A DNA stretch of 64,000 nt from an uncultured Thermodesulfobacteriota bacterium (GTDB taxonomy: Bacteria > Desulfobacterota > B13-G15), in assembly GCA_964543765.1 (NCBI GenBank), contig CAZIZI010000001.1:170475-234474 (forward strand), written 5' to 3'. Made by a program: the position numbers and the translations under genes. Positions 16,284-25,318 of the stretch are shown here, in pieces (the stretch's first letter is position 1; each line of letters starts with the position of its first letter). The notes beneath the pieces are model-generated. The model searched no databases. It was not told the origin of the DNA and worked only from the letters and a program-made list of their open reading frames with translations.

Positions 16284-17635
16284 AAGAAAAGGTTAACATA
16301 CTGGTTGTAGACGATGAGGAGATCGTCAGGGAGTCGCTTGTAGAATGGTTAAGGGAAGAGGGATATAATGCGGAGGCTGCGGAAGACGCTTTTAAGGCCC
16401 TTGAAAAAATCAAGGAACGGAATTGGGACATAGCTCTTGTGGACCTCAAGATGCCCAAAATGGATGGTTTGGAGCTTTTGGAAAGAATCAAAAAGGAGAG
16501 TCCAGATACACAGGTCATTATATTTACCGCTTATGCCACGGTTCATACGGCCGTTCAAGCTATAAAAAAGGGGGCTTACGATTACTTGGTTAAGCCATTG
16601 GATCCGGAGGAGGTTTCGCTTTTAATAGAGCGACTTTTAAAGAGTCAAGAGCTTTTAAAAGAGGTTTCCTTTTTAAGGAAAGAGCTTACCAAACAATATC
16701 GATTTCACGATCTGGTGAGCAAAAGTCCCAAAATGCAGAAGATTTTTGAGCTTGCTCGTACGGTTGCAAAAAGCAACTCCAATATCCTCATCCTTGGAGA
16801 GAGTGGGACGGGGAAAGAACTTTTGGCCAGAGCCATTCACAACGAAAGCCCTCGGGCGAATGGTCCTTTTGTGGCTGTTTCATGTGTGGCCATACCGGAT
16901 ACGCTTTTAGAAAGTGAGCTCTTTGGCCATGAGAAAGGCGCCTTTACCGATGCCATATCTCAGAAGAAGGGGAAGTTTGAGCTTGCTCACGGAGGTACCC
17001 TCTTTTTAGATGAGATAGGTGATATAAGCCCGAAGATGCAGCTTACCCTTTTGAGGGTATTGGAAGAGAAAGAATTTACCCGGGTTGGAGGCACAAAGCC
17101 CATAAAGGTGGATGTGAGGATCATCGCGGCTACTAATCGCGATTTACAAAAGGCAGTCCAAGAAGGACGCTTCCGCGATGACCTTTACTATAGGCTTAAT
17201 GTAATTACCATTCATTTACCGCCTTTAAGGGAACGTAAAGAGGATATCCCTCTTTTGGTTCAACATTTCATAGAGAAGTTTAACCTTCAGATGGGGAAGA
17301 AAGTAGAACGTATAAGTGACGAGGCTTTGAGAATGCTCATGCAATATGATTGGCCCGGTAACGTGAGGGAACTTGAAAATACCATCGAAAGGGCTATGGT
17401 AATTACTAAGGGAAAGGCGATAACGCCTGAAGATATTGAAATTCCAAGCCTTCAGAAGAACTTCCCTACGGAGGAAAGCGGAAAGACGCTTGAAGCTGTT
17501 GAAAGGGCGCACATTTTGAGGGTCCTAAACGAAACCGACTGGAATATCCAACGATCGGCCCAGATTCTGGGTATCGATAGGACTACTCTTTACAACAAGA
17601 TCAAGAAATACAACTTAAAAAAGCCCGAAGATTAA
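16280..17635 (+). CDS. sigma54-dependent response regulator (NtrC family: REC + AAA+ + Fis-type HTH)
   Basis: ILVVDDEE...DLKMP receiver; GESGTGKE Walker A; GAFTGA sigma54-interaction motif; C-terminal HTH ...RSAQILGIDRTTLYNKIKK; ATGA overlap with the kinase gene. Confidence 0.9.
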   Translation: MKEKVNILVVDDEEIVRESLVEWLREEGYNAEAAEDAFKALEKIKERNWDIALVDLKMPKMDGLELLERIKKESPDTQVIIFTAYATVHTAVQAIKKGAYDYLVKPLDPEEVSLLIERLLKSQELLKEVSFLRKELTKQYRFHDLVSKSPKMQKIFELARTVAKSNSNILILGESGTGKELLARAIHNESPRANGPFVAVSCVAIPDTLLESELFGHEKGAFTDAISQKKGKFELAHGGTLFLDEIGDISPKMQLTLLRVLEEKEFTRVGGTKPIKVDVRIIAATNRDLQKAVQEGRFRDDLYYRLNVITIHLPPLRERKEDIPLLVQHFIEKFNLQMGKKVERISDEALRMLMQYDWPGNVRELENTIERAMVITKGKAITPEDIEIPSLQKNFPTEESGKTLEAVERAHILRVLNETDWNIQRSAQILGIDRTTLYNKIKKYNLKKPED

Positions 17636-18240
17636 TCTTCATATCCCAAAATCATTGCCTTGAAGTGTGAGAAGAAAGTATGCCCGAGTGTGGCTAAGTA
17701 TATGTGGGCGATAACAAAGGCGAAGAAAGTATAGGCCAACAAGAGATGAACGGCCGCTATGACTTTGATTCCCCCGAGGAAGTTTATTACTTCCTTAAAA
17801 GTAAGGGGATCCCACAGGAATAAACCCGTGAGAATTTGGAGGGGCAACAGGAGGAACATAAGCATGAAGTAAATGATTTTTTGCAAAGAGTTAAACTTAT
17901 CGTCAGGTTTGGGCGTGAAAGGATGGGGTTCCCCAAAAAAATAACGAATAAAATAGTAATTGGCATAAATGGGAACCTTCTTAAGATCCTCCGAACGCGG
18001 TAAATAGACCTTCTGGAATTTCCCGGTGAGTACGTAATAGGCTCCAAGGATGAAGAAAGTAAAAAGTACTAAAAAACCACAAAAATTATGAACTTTAACG
18101 GATCCTTCAAATGAAAACATCTTAAGGGCTTCGGTAAAACGCATTTGAAAACCTGTAAAAATCAAAACCACAATACACACCGCATGTACCCAATGGCAAA
18201 TTCTTACCACTAAAGGATGCAATATTTCCCTCTTTCCCAT
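17632..18240 (-). CDS. membrane di-heme cytochrome b (Ni/Fe-hydrogenase b-type / cytochrome b561 PF01292-like)
   Basis: HPLVVRICHWVHAVCIVVLIFTGF and later His-containing TM helices typical of the PF01292 family; 4 TM; directly downstream of the multiheme cytochrome c gene. Confidence 0.65.
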   Translation of the reverse strand: MGKREILHPLVVRICHWVHAVCIVVLIFTGFQMRFTEALKMFSFEGSVKVHNFCGFLVLFTFFILGAYYVLTGKFQKVYLPRSEDLKKVPIYANYYFIRYFFGEPHPFTPKPDDKFNSLQKIIYFMLMFLLLPLQILTGLFLWDPLTFKEVINFLGGIKVIAAVHLLLAYTFFAFVIAHIYLATLGHTFFSHFKAMILGYED

Positions 18241-18241
18241 A

Positions 18242-19315
18242 TTACTCCTCCTCGTGTTTCTTACGCCATTTGATAGTTAAAATCCTCAATATCCCATGGA
18301 GGCCGACAAAAAGTATGGCTCCAATCAAGAATATGTATCCCAGTATATCAAGCCACCGCCATCCTATCTTAAATAGAACGCTTTCAAACTTTTCTGGTTC
18401 TTTTTCATTTATTAAGTCCTTCAAGTTTAGTAAAGTAAAACGATCGGAACCGATGGGATAAAAATTGAAGAGCCTCGTTAAGATGGAAGGATCCGCTTCC
18501 AAAGGACTTTCTTCATCTGAAAGGAGTAAAATGGGCCTTTTAGTTAATAATCTTGGCGAATGACAAGTGAGACAATCTTTTGCTTCTTCTTTGACTGCAT
18601 AATTATGAGAAACATTCAGCGGTAAAAGTTCTGCTTCAATTTTAACCTTCGCTCCTTCCTTTTTAAGTTTAGAAAGGTATGATTTAAATTCCTCATAACT
18701 CACAAATCCGTCGCCGTTAATGTCGACTTTTTTCCCTTTAGCGGTTTGCCCTTTTACAAATAAAAAAATCCTACTCTCACCTTCCGCATTATGACAAGCG
18801 GTGCAGGAAACTTTTTCTCCTAAGATATGTTTACAGTGGGGGTAACCTTTAGAAAGAAGCTCCTTTTTTTCGTGACAATTTAGACAGGGCAGGTTTCTAT
18901 CTTTAACCTGAACTTGGAGCGTAGGTTTAACGTAGTGAGGGTCATGACATTGATAACATAAGGCCGGATGGCCGCTTGATTCGTATGCTTCTGCTACCTC
19001 CTTGTGGCATAAACTACAGTCAACTCTTCCAAGCTTTTGAGGATGGGGAACATCTGATATGTCATTGTGACAATCCAAGCAATTAAATCCTCCGTGAGAA
19101 GAGGAGGCAAACCGCTTCGGATCTATGTAGAGGGAAGAAAGCCCTCGAGGCAATTCCTCTTTTTTTTCCGATGGGATTACCATTTGATTTCTTTCTTCTG
19201 GTGACATGGATAAGATTTCCGGTTTACCATGACACTCGAAGCAGGCCTCTTTTTCTAAGGCCGATGAAAAAAAGGGGAAACATAACAAAAATAAGAAAAT
19301 TACAAAGCTTCGCAT
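18242..19315 (-). CDS. membrane-anchored multiheme (7x CxxCH) cytochrome c with internal EF-hand-like motif
   Basis: Signal peptide MRSFVIFLFLLCFPFFSSA (ATG 19315 after GGGAG RBS); CFECH, CLDCH, CSLCH, CYQCH, CLNCH, CTACH, CLTCH; DINGDGFVSYEEF matches the EF-hand loop DxNxDGxxxxxE; C-terminal TM helix FLIGAILFVGLHGIL. Confidence 0.75.
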   Translation of the reverse strand: MRSFVIFLFLLCFPFFSSALEKEACFECHGKPEILSMSPEERNQMVIPSEKKEELPRGLSSLYIDPKRFASSSHGGFNCLDCHNDISDVPHPQKLGRVDCSLCHKEVAEAYESSGHPALCYQCHDPHYVKPTLQVQVKDRNLPCLNCHEKKELLSKGYPHCKHILGEKVSCTACHNAEGESRIFLFVKGQTAKGKKVDINGDGFVSYEEFKSYLSKLKKEGAKVKIEAELLPLNVSHNYAVKEEAKDCLTCHSPRLLTKRPILLLSDEESPLEADPSILTRLFNFYPIGSDRFTLLNLKDLINEKEPEKFESVLFKIGWRWLDILGYIFLIGAILFVGLHGILRILTIKWRKKHEEE

Positions 19316-19382
19316 ACCCTTACTCCCGCTAAGGATTAGATTAGCGATGAATTTTGAAACACAAAAATTACCCCTTGTCAAG

Positions 19383-19625
19383 CTACAAGGTGATAACTAT
19401 CGCTCCAAAAGGACATTCCGTCACACAAGTGTAACAACCATGACAACGGCTTGAATCTAGGGAGGGGATTTCGCCTGGATCCAGTTGGATCAAGGCCTTA
19501 CTCTTACAAGCTTTAAGGGCGAGACATTTCTTACAAGCTTTACATAAAGCTGGATCTACCCGAGGCGGCTTATGGGCTTGAAGGTTAATGCTTCCCATCG
19601 ATTTATAGGGCATAAATACCCACAA
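19383..19625 (-). CDS. 2x[4Fe-4S] ferredoxin
   Basis: CKACKKC...C and CHGCYTCVTECP cluster motifs; 80 aa. Confidence 0.7.
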   Translation of the reverse strand: MWVFMPYKSMGSINLQAHKPPRVDPALCKACKKCLALKACKSKALIQLDPGEIPSLDSSRCHGCYTCVTECPFGAIVITL

Positions 19626-19684
19626 GCCCCCTTCTAACGCAAGGGGGCTTGGGGGACCCTTGGTTGAACTTAGCCCTAATCCAC

Positions 19685-19900
19685 TTATTTGCTCTCGGGA
19701 GCCTTTTGGGTTGCGGGTGCTTGAGTCTGGTTCTCGGCAGGGGCAGGCTGTGTTTGATTTTCAGAAGGAGCCGGAGCAGGTGCCGTGACGTTTTCAGAAG
19801 GAGCCGGAGCAGGTGCTTCCTCTTTTTTCTTACACCCATATCCAAAACCTATTGCACCAGCCAGGATAAGACTCAATACAATGCCCCCTACTTTTTTCAT
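19685..19900 (-). CDS. small lipoprotein with Pro/Ala-rich repeat linker
   Basis: Signal peptide plus lipobox GFGYGC, then APAPAPSEN(V/Q)T repeats encoded by a ~33-bp tandem DNA repeat. Confidence 0.55.
   Translation of the reverse strand: MKKVGGIVLSLILAGAIGFGYGCKKKEEAPAPAPSENVTAPAPAPSENQTQPAPAENQTQAPATQKAPESK
19757..19816. repeat. tandem direct repeat (2 copies, ~33 bp: ttttcagaaggagccggagcaggtgc) inside the lipoprotein gene
   Basis: Exact 26-nt core repeated at ~19757 and ~19791; encodes the PAPAPSEN repeat. Confidence 0.7.
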
Positions 19901-19938
19901 CGTTCCACCTCCTAAGGTTAAATATTTTTAAGATGACA

Positions 19939-19979
19939 ATCATATGTCCTATTTAAGATAAGTGTCAAGAGGGTTGACT
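19939..19979. promoter_or_regulatory. divergent sigma70-like promoter region (minus-strand TTGACA-18-TATGAT for the lipoprotein/cytochrome operon; plus-strand TTGACT for mltD)
   Basis: Minus strand: TTGACA (19968-19963) and TATGAT (19944-19939); plus strand TTGACT at 19974-19979 followed by TAAAT ~17 nt downstream. Confidence 0.3.
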
Positions 19980-19992
19980 TCTTTAAAAAGGT

Positions 19993-21384
19993 TTGATAAA
20001 TGATCCCATCATGATATGGAGAACGTTGGGGATAGTTCTCCCACTGATTTTCTTTTTTTCTTGTTCTTTATACGATAGAAAGACAAGCCAAGTGACAAAA
20101 CCTCCCGAAGAAGTGGCGAATGTTTTTCTAAAAGAAGCGGAAACTGCTTCTGACAAAAATATCTATGCAAATGAATTTGTAGCAGAAGGAATAAAGGAAG
20201 AAGCTCCTATGGAAATGGAGGGAGCAAACTTTGATATTCCCATTGTGATAAACGATCGGGTTCAATATTTTATCAAGTTTTTCCAAACTGTTGTGAGGGA
20301 TAGGTTTGCTCAATGGCTTAAGCGATCTGGGCGTTATATCCCCATAATGAGGGATGTTTTAAGAGAACACGGTCTTCCAGAGGACTTGGTGTATTTAGCG
20401 ATGATAGAAAGTGGTTTTAACCCCACTGCCCGGTCATACCGACAGGCGGTTGGACCATGGCAATTTATAGAGGGCACAGCCCTTAAGTACGGCTTGAGGG
20501 TGGATTGGTGGGTAGATGAGAGGAGGGATCCGATTAAGTCAACAATTGCGGCAGCAAGGTATCTTAAAGACCTTTATGATCAGTTCCGATGTTGGTACTT
20601 AGCCGCCGCTTCTTACAACGCAGGTGAAGGGGCGGTAAGTAGGGCAATGAGGAGATATCAAGTTGAAGATTATTGGCAACTTATAGAATATCCCGGTTTA
20701 AAGCAGGAGACCAAAGAATACGTGCCTAAAATGATCGCCGCGGCGCTAATCGCCAAAAATCCTGAGAAGTATGGCTTTAAGGATATAGAATACGATCCTC
20801 CTTTGGAATGGGATGAGGTGGTCCTTCCTCCGGGGACAAGCCTTGAAGCGGTAGCCATGTGTGCTAACACAAGCCTTGAAGAGGTAAAGAATCTCAATCC
20901 CCATTTGCTTAGACAGTCTACCCCTCCGGATACCTCCTATCCTGTTAGGATTCCGAAAGGTAGGGAAGCCATCTTTTGGGAATGTTTTTTGGCTCTTCCG
21001 CTTCCTAAGAAACAGCTCATGTTCGTGAAAGTGAAAAGTAATCATTTGAGGAAATATAAAGTTCAAAAAGGTGACACTCTCTTCAAAATCTCTAAACGAT
21101 TTGGGGTGAGCCTACAAGAATTGAAGGTAGTAAACCACATAAAAGATTCTTCTAACCTTAAGATCGGACAAGAGCTTCTTATACCCGAAAAAGAGCGAAA
21201 TGGGGTCAAAACCGTATCGAAAGGTCGAACTAACAAAAAAGTGGTTCACGTGGTAAGGGAGGGCGAGACTCTTTGGCGCATTGCTAAAAGTTATGGGGTT
21301 TCGGTTGAAGACTTAAAAAGGTGGAATAAACTGGAAGGTAAGACCATCCGTCCCCACGAGAGACTTCTGATTTATACAGATTAA
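19993..21384 (+). CDS. mltD: membrane-bound lytic murein transglycosylase D-like (SLT domain + 2 LysM)
   Basis: SLT motif YLAMIESGFNPTARSYRQAVGPWQF; two C-terminal LysM repeats (YKVQKGDTLFKISKRFGVSLQELKVVN; HVVREGETLWRIAKSYGVSVEDLKRWN); lipoprotein-like signal. Confidence 0.85.
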   Translation: MINDPIMIWRTLGIVLPLIFFFSCSLYDRKTSQVTKPPEEVANVFLKEAETASDKNIYANEFVAEGIKEEAPMEMEGANFDIPIVINDRVQYFIKFFQTVVRDRFAQWLKRSGRYIPIMRDVLREHGLPEDLVYLAMIESGFNPTARSYRQAVGPWQFIEGTALKYGLRVDWWVDERRDPIKSTIAAARYLKDLYDQFRCWYLAAASYNAGEGAVSRAMRRYQVEDYWQLIEYPGLKQETKEYVPKMIAAALIAKNPEKYGFKDIEYDPPLEWDEVVLPPGTSLEAVAMCANTSLEEVKNLNPHLLRQSTPPDTSYPVRIPKGREAIFWECFLALPLPKKQLMFVKVKSNHLRKYKVQKGDTLFKISKRFGVSLQELKVVNHIKDSSNLKIGQELLIPEKERNGVKTVSKGRTNKKVVHVVREGETLWRIAKSYGVSVEDLKRWNKLEGKTIRPHERLLIYTD

Positions 21385-23138
21385 AGGTCAAGTTTGATAT
21401 GTAACTCCTTAAGCTGGGTTAGGTCCACAAAAGAGGGGGCTCCGGTAAGAGGACATACGCCCTTTTGAGTTTTAGGGAATGCTATTACCTCGCGTATAGT
21501 CTCTTTTCCGCAAATTATCATGACCAAGCGGTCGAAACCTAAGGCTATTCCTCCGTGGGGAGGGGCTCCATATTGAAGGGCTTCGAGTAAAAATCCAAAC
21601 CTTCTCTGAGCTTCATCAGGAGGAAGCCCTATTACTTGAAAGATCTTCTTTTGAATCTCAAAGCGGTGATTCCTTATACTTCCTCCCCCTATTTCATGGC
21701 CGTTAAGAACTATATCGTAGGCCCTAGCCTTCACCTTAAGCGGATCAGTTTCCAGGAAGCTAATGTGCTCTTCCTTAGGAGAGGTGAAAGGATGGTGAAC
21801 TGCCACATAACGGCTTTCGGTTTCATCCCATTCGAACATGGGAAAGTCAACGATCCACACGAATTTGTATTTTCCTTCCCTTATAAGTCCTAAGGACCTT
21901 CCTAATCGAAGCCGAAGTTCCCCCATGATTTGGGAGGCCTTTTCCTTTTGATCGGCCAAAAATAGGAGAAGATCACCGGGTTTAAGACCGGTTCTTTCCC
22001 TCAATTTTTCCTTTAAGCCCTCTGGAAGGTATTTTACGGGGGGACCCTGCCAGCCGGTCTCACCGAGTTTTATCCACCCAAGTCCCTTTGCCCCAAGGTT
22101 TATGGCTTGTGAGGTAAGATCGTCCAGCTCCTTCCGAGAGAATTGCGCTCCTCCTTCGATCACAAGCCCTTTTACCTTTCCTCCTTTTTCGAGTTCTCTC
22201 TTTAAAACTTCCAAGGAGGATTCTTGGAAAAGGTCGCTCAGGTCCTTGAGCTCCATTCCAAATCGAAGATCTGGCTTGTCAGTGCCAAATCTCTCTATGG
22301 TTTCATCATAAGGGATTCGGGGAAAAGGAGTCTCCAGTTGGATACCTAAGAGTTCTTTAAAAAGCTTCACAAGGAGCCCTTCTATTAGTTCTTGAACATC
22401 CTCTTCTTGGACAAAGGACATCTCTATATCCACTTGGGTGAACTCCGGTTGCCTATCGGCTCTCAAATCCTCGTCTCTGAAACACCTGGCTATCTGGAAA
22501 TAGCGGTCAATGCCGCTTATCATGAGGATTTGTTTAAAAAGCTGGGGTGATTGGGGAAGGGCATAAAAATTTCCCGGATTCAGCCTTGAGGGAACCAAAA
22601 AATCCCTTGCCCCCTCGGGGGTAGATTTGGTTAAAAAAGGTGTTTCCACCTCAATGAAATTTCTGGAAGAGAGATAGTTTCTTATCAATTGAGCAGCTTT
22701 ATGTCTCAACAAAAGGTTTCGGAACATGGAGGGTCGGCGGAGGTCAAGATAACGATATTTTAACCTCACCGCTTCCCCAATCTCCACTTTATCTTCGATG
22801 GGGAAAACGGGAGGCTTTGAGGTATTGAGTATTTCTAAATAAGTTCCAATGACCTCTATTTGGCCCGTTTTAATTTTTGGATTTTCCGTACCTGGAGGCC
22901 TTTTTTGGACGGATCCCTTTACCACGATGACGTATTCGTCGCTTAACTGTTGAGCGAGCTGGTGAGCTTCTCTAGATACTTCGGGGTTAAAAACCACCTG
23001 AACGATGCCTTCTCTATCCCTCAGGTCAATAAATGTTACTCCTCCGTGGTCCCTTATACTCTGGACCCATCCCATAAGGATTACTTCCCGTCCCACATCT
23101 TTGAGGTCGAGTTCTCCACAGTAACAAGTCCTTTTCAT
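21381..23138 (-). CDS. aspS: aspartate--tRNA ligase
   Basis: Class II aaRS; FIDLRDREGIVQVV anticodon-binding OB region, QSPQLFKQILM, GGGSIRNH, GAPPHGGIALGFDRL motifs. Confidence 0.95.
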   Translation of the reverse strand: MKRTCYCGELDLKDVGREVILMGWVQSIRDHGGVTFIDLRDREGIVQVVFNPEVSREAHQLAQQLSDEYVIVVKGSVQKRPPGTENPKIKTGQIEVIGTYLEILNTSKPPVFPIEDKVEIGEAVRLKYRYLDLRRPSMFRNLLLRHKAAQLIRNYLSSRNFIEVETPFLTKSTPEGARDFLVPSRLNPGNFYALPQSPQLFKQILMISGIDRYFQIARCFRDEDLRADRQPEFTQVDIEMSFVQEEDVQELIEGLLVKLFKELLGIQLETPFPRIPYDETIERFGTDKPDLRFGMELKDLSDLFQESSLEVLKRELEKGGKVKGLVIEGGAQFSRKELDDLTSQAINLGAKGLGWIKLGETGWQGPPVKYLPEGLKEKLRERTGLKPGDLLLFLADQKEKASQIMGELRLRLGRSLGLIREGKYKFVWIVDFPMFEWDETESRYVAVHHPFTSPKEEHISFLETDPLKVKARAYDIVLNGHEIGGGSIRNHRFEIQKKIFQVIGLPPDEAQRRFGFLLEALQYGAPPHGGIALGFDRLVMIICGKETIREVIAFPKTQKGVCPLTGAPSFVDLTQLKELHIKLDL

Positions 23139-23149
23139 CCAACTTCTCC

Positions 23150-23542
23150 TTAGTAAAGGTTTTTTACTTCAAATCCTTCTTGTTTGAGTTTCTTAGCTAT
23201 AAACCATCTATGGCACCTCCAGGGAAATCTCTCACAACAAAAAAAGGCGCTAAGTTCCTTTTGGGCAATTTCCTTAAGCTTTTCGAATCCGTTCTTAAAG
23301 TCCGAGCTTTCCATATAAGCCTCATATCCTCCTTTTCTGAATCCTCCAAGGGAGTCACCCAAGTAGTGATAGGATAACCCCGCGTCTTCAAGGGCTTTCT
23401 TTAGAGCCTCTTGACAAAAATGGGGCAAACGGCTTTTAGGGAATCGACGTATATCAATACCGTTCTTCACCCCATTTTTCTTCAAAAGGTCGATGAACTC
23501 TTCAATTGACCGGGTACTTGTCCCTAAACTATAGATTTTCAT
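23150..23542 (-). CDS. DUF488 family protein
   Basis: MKIYSLGTSTRSIEEFIDLLKKNGV... matches the DUF488 N-terminus (IYTIGHS-SIEEFI-LL). Confidence 0.7.
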   Translation of the reverse strand: MKIYSLGTSTRSIEEFIDLLKKNGVKNGIDIRRFPKSRLPHFCQEALKKALEDAGLSYHYLGDSLGGFRKGGYEAYMESSDFKNGFEKLKEIAQKELSAFFCCERFPWRCHRWFIAKKLKQEGFEVKNLY

Positions 23543-25266
23543 CTTTCGAGACTTTTTAATTCTCTTTCAATTAGCTCTTTTGCCCTTTCTAAGGCCTCGC
23601 TAAGGTTCACCAAGATGACCTCTTTGGTCTTACGGATCCGGATTTCTACCTTCCCTTCTTTGAGGCCTTTTTCCCCTATGGTCATCCTCAGGGGTATTCC
23701 CAAAAGATCGGCGTCTTTAAATTTTACACCGGGTCTTTCTTCTCGATCATCATAAAGGACTTCTATGCCGTTTTCAGAAAAAGCACGATAAAGTTTTTCG
23801 CTTGTTTCTCTTATTTTGGGGTCATCTACATTGATTGGTAAAAGATAAATTTGGAAGGGGGCCATACTCATGGGGAAGATCATGCCGTCTTGATCGTGAT
23901 GTTGTTCGATACAGGCAGCTACAGTCCTTCCGACTCCTATTCCGTAACATCCCATTTCGAAAGGCCTTTCTTTCCCTTCTCGATCCAGAAAGGTGGCCTT
24001 CATGGCCTTACTGTATTTGGTCCCAAGTTTAAAGATGTGTCCTACCTCTATTCCTCGGTAAAGCTCGAGCTTCCCCTTCTCACATTTGGGACAAGGGTCT
24101 CCGGGAACTACCTTTCTTATGTCCGCAAAAAGGTCAACCTCAAAATCCCTTCCCACATTTATTCCCACAATATGAAGGCCTTCCTGATTACCTCCTACCA
24201 CCATTCCTTCGGCTCCTTCCAAATCCCAATCGGCTATTTTCATCAATGGGAGTCCTATAGGTCCTGAAAACCCCCGAGGTCCGCCGGTTAAAGAAAGTAT
24301 GCTCTCTTCATCGCAGAGTTCCGCCATTTTTAAGTTAAGGATCCTTTTTAACTTGGTCTCACTCAATTCGTGATCACCCCGAATTAAGGCAGCAATGGGA
24401 CCTTTGTCGGTTTGAAGGATTAAGGTCTTTATTAATTTTGAGGGTTCCACCCCGAGGAAGTTTGATACCTCTTCGACGGATTTCATCCCAGGTGTTTTTA
24501 CGGGTTTGGGGGTTTGGAAAGTTATTTCTTTTTTACTGAGATTTGCCCTCCGCCTTTGGGCTAATTCAATATTAGCCGCATAAGAACAGGTGTTACAGGT
24601 GACAATGATATCCTCCCCTGTTGAAGCCAAAACCATAAACTCATGAGAAGACTCTCCTCCGATTAAGCCCGTATCCGCTTCCACGACCCTGAAGTTTAAA
24701 CCAAGACGGCGGAAGATCCTCTCATAAGCCTCGTACATTTTGGAATAACTTTCGTCCAGCCCCTTCTGGTCCGCATCAAAACTATAAGCGTCTTTCATGA
24801 CAAATTCCCTTGCTCTCATCACACCAAAGCGAGGTCTTATCTCATCCCTGAACTTCACTTGAATTTGGAAAAGACAAAGGGGCAGTTGCCGGTAAGAGCG
24901 AACTTCTCTTCTCACCAAGTCGGTTACTACTTCCTCATGAGTTGGACCAAGGCAGTAATCCCTTTCGTGTCTGTCTTTAAGCCTCAAAAGTTCCTTACCA
25001 TATTCATCCCATCTTCCGCTTTCCTTCCATAATTCCGCGGGGATAACCACCGGTAATAACACCTCTTGAGCCCCGATCCGTTCCATCTCTTCCCTTATCA
25101 CCTTTTCCGCTTTTCTCATGGTTCTAAGGCCGAAGGGCAAAAGTTCATAAATACCAGAGGCCACTTTTCTGATCATTCCGCTTCGAATCATCAACTTATG
25201 GCTTATTACTTCGGCTTCTTGGGGATCCTCTCTCAAAGTGGGCAATAGATATTTCGAATATTTCAT
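23539..25266 (-). CDS. proS: proline--tRNA ligase (bacterial type with editing domain)
   Basis: MKYSKYLLPTLREDPQEAEVISHKLMIRSGMIRKVASGIYELLPFGLRTMRKAE is the ProRS N-terminus; class II motifs; 575 aa. Confidence 0.95.
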   Translation of the reverse strand: MKYSKYLLPTLREDPQEAEVISHKLMIRSGMIRKVASGIYELLPFGLRTMRKAEKVIREEMERIGAQEVLLPVVIPAELWKESGRWDEYGKELLRLKDRHERDYCLGPTHEEVVTDLVRREVRSYRQLPLCLFQIQVKFRDEIRPRFGVMRAREFVMKDAYSFDADQKGLDESYSKMYEAYERIFRRLGLNFRVVEADTGLIGGESSHEFMVLASTGEDIIVTCNTCSYAANIELAQRRRANLSKKEITFQTPKPVKTPGMKSVEEVSNFLGVEPSKLIKTLILQTDKGPIAALIRGDHELSETKLKRILNLKMAELCDEESILSLTGGPRGFSGPIGLPLMKIADWDLEGAEGMVVGGNQEGLHIVGINVGRDFEVDLFADIRKVVPGDPCPKCEKGKLELYRGIEVGHIFKLGTKYSKAMKATFLDREGKERPFEMGCYGIGVGRTVAACIEQHHDQDGMIFPMSMAPFQIYLLPINVDDPKIRETSEKLYRAFSENGIEVLYDDREERPGVKFKDADLLGIPLRMTIGEKGLKEGKVEIRIRKTKEVILVNLSEALERAKELIERELKSLER

Positions 25267-25318
25267 TTAACCTCCTCCCGGTGGAAGATGGTAAGAGAGG
25301 CATTGAAGGGTGTCAAGG

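Noticed and set aside
19757-19816. Tandem repeat as a possible CRISPR array
   Set aside because: There are only two copies with no spacers or cas genes, and the repeat is in-frame coding sequence for a Pro/Ala linker.
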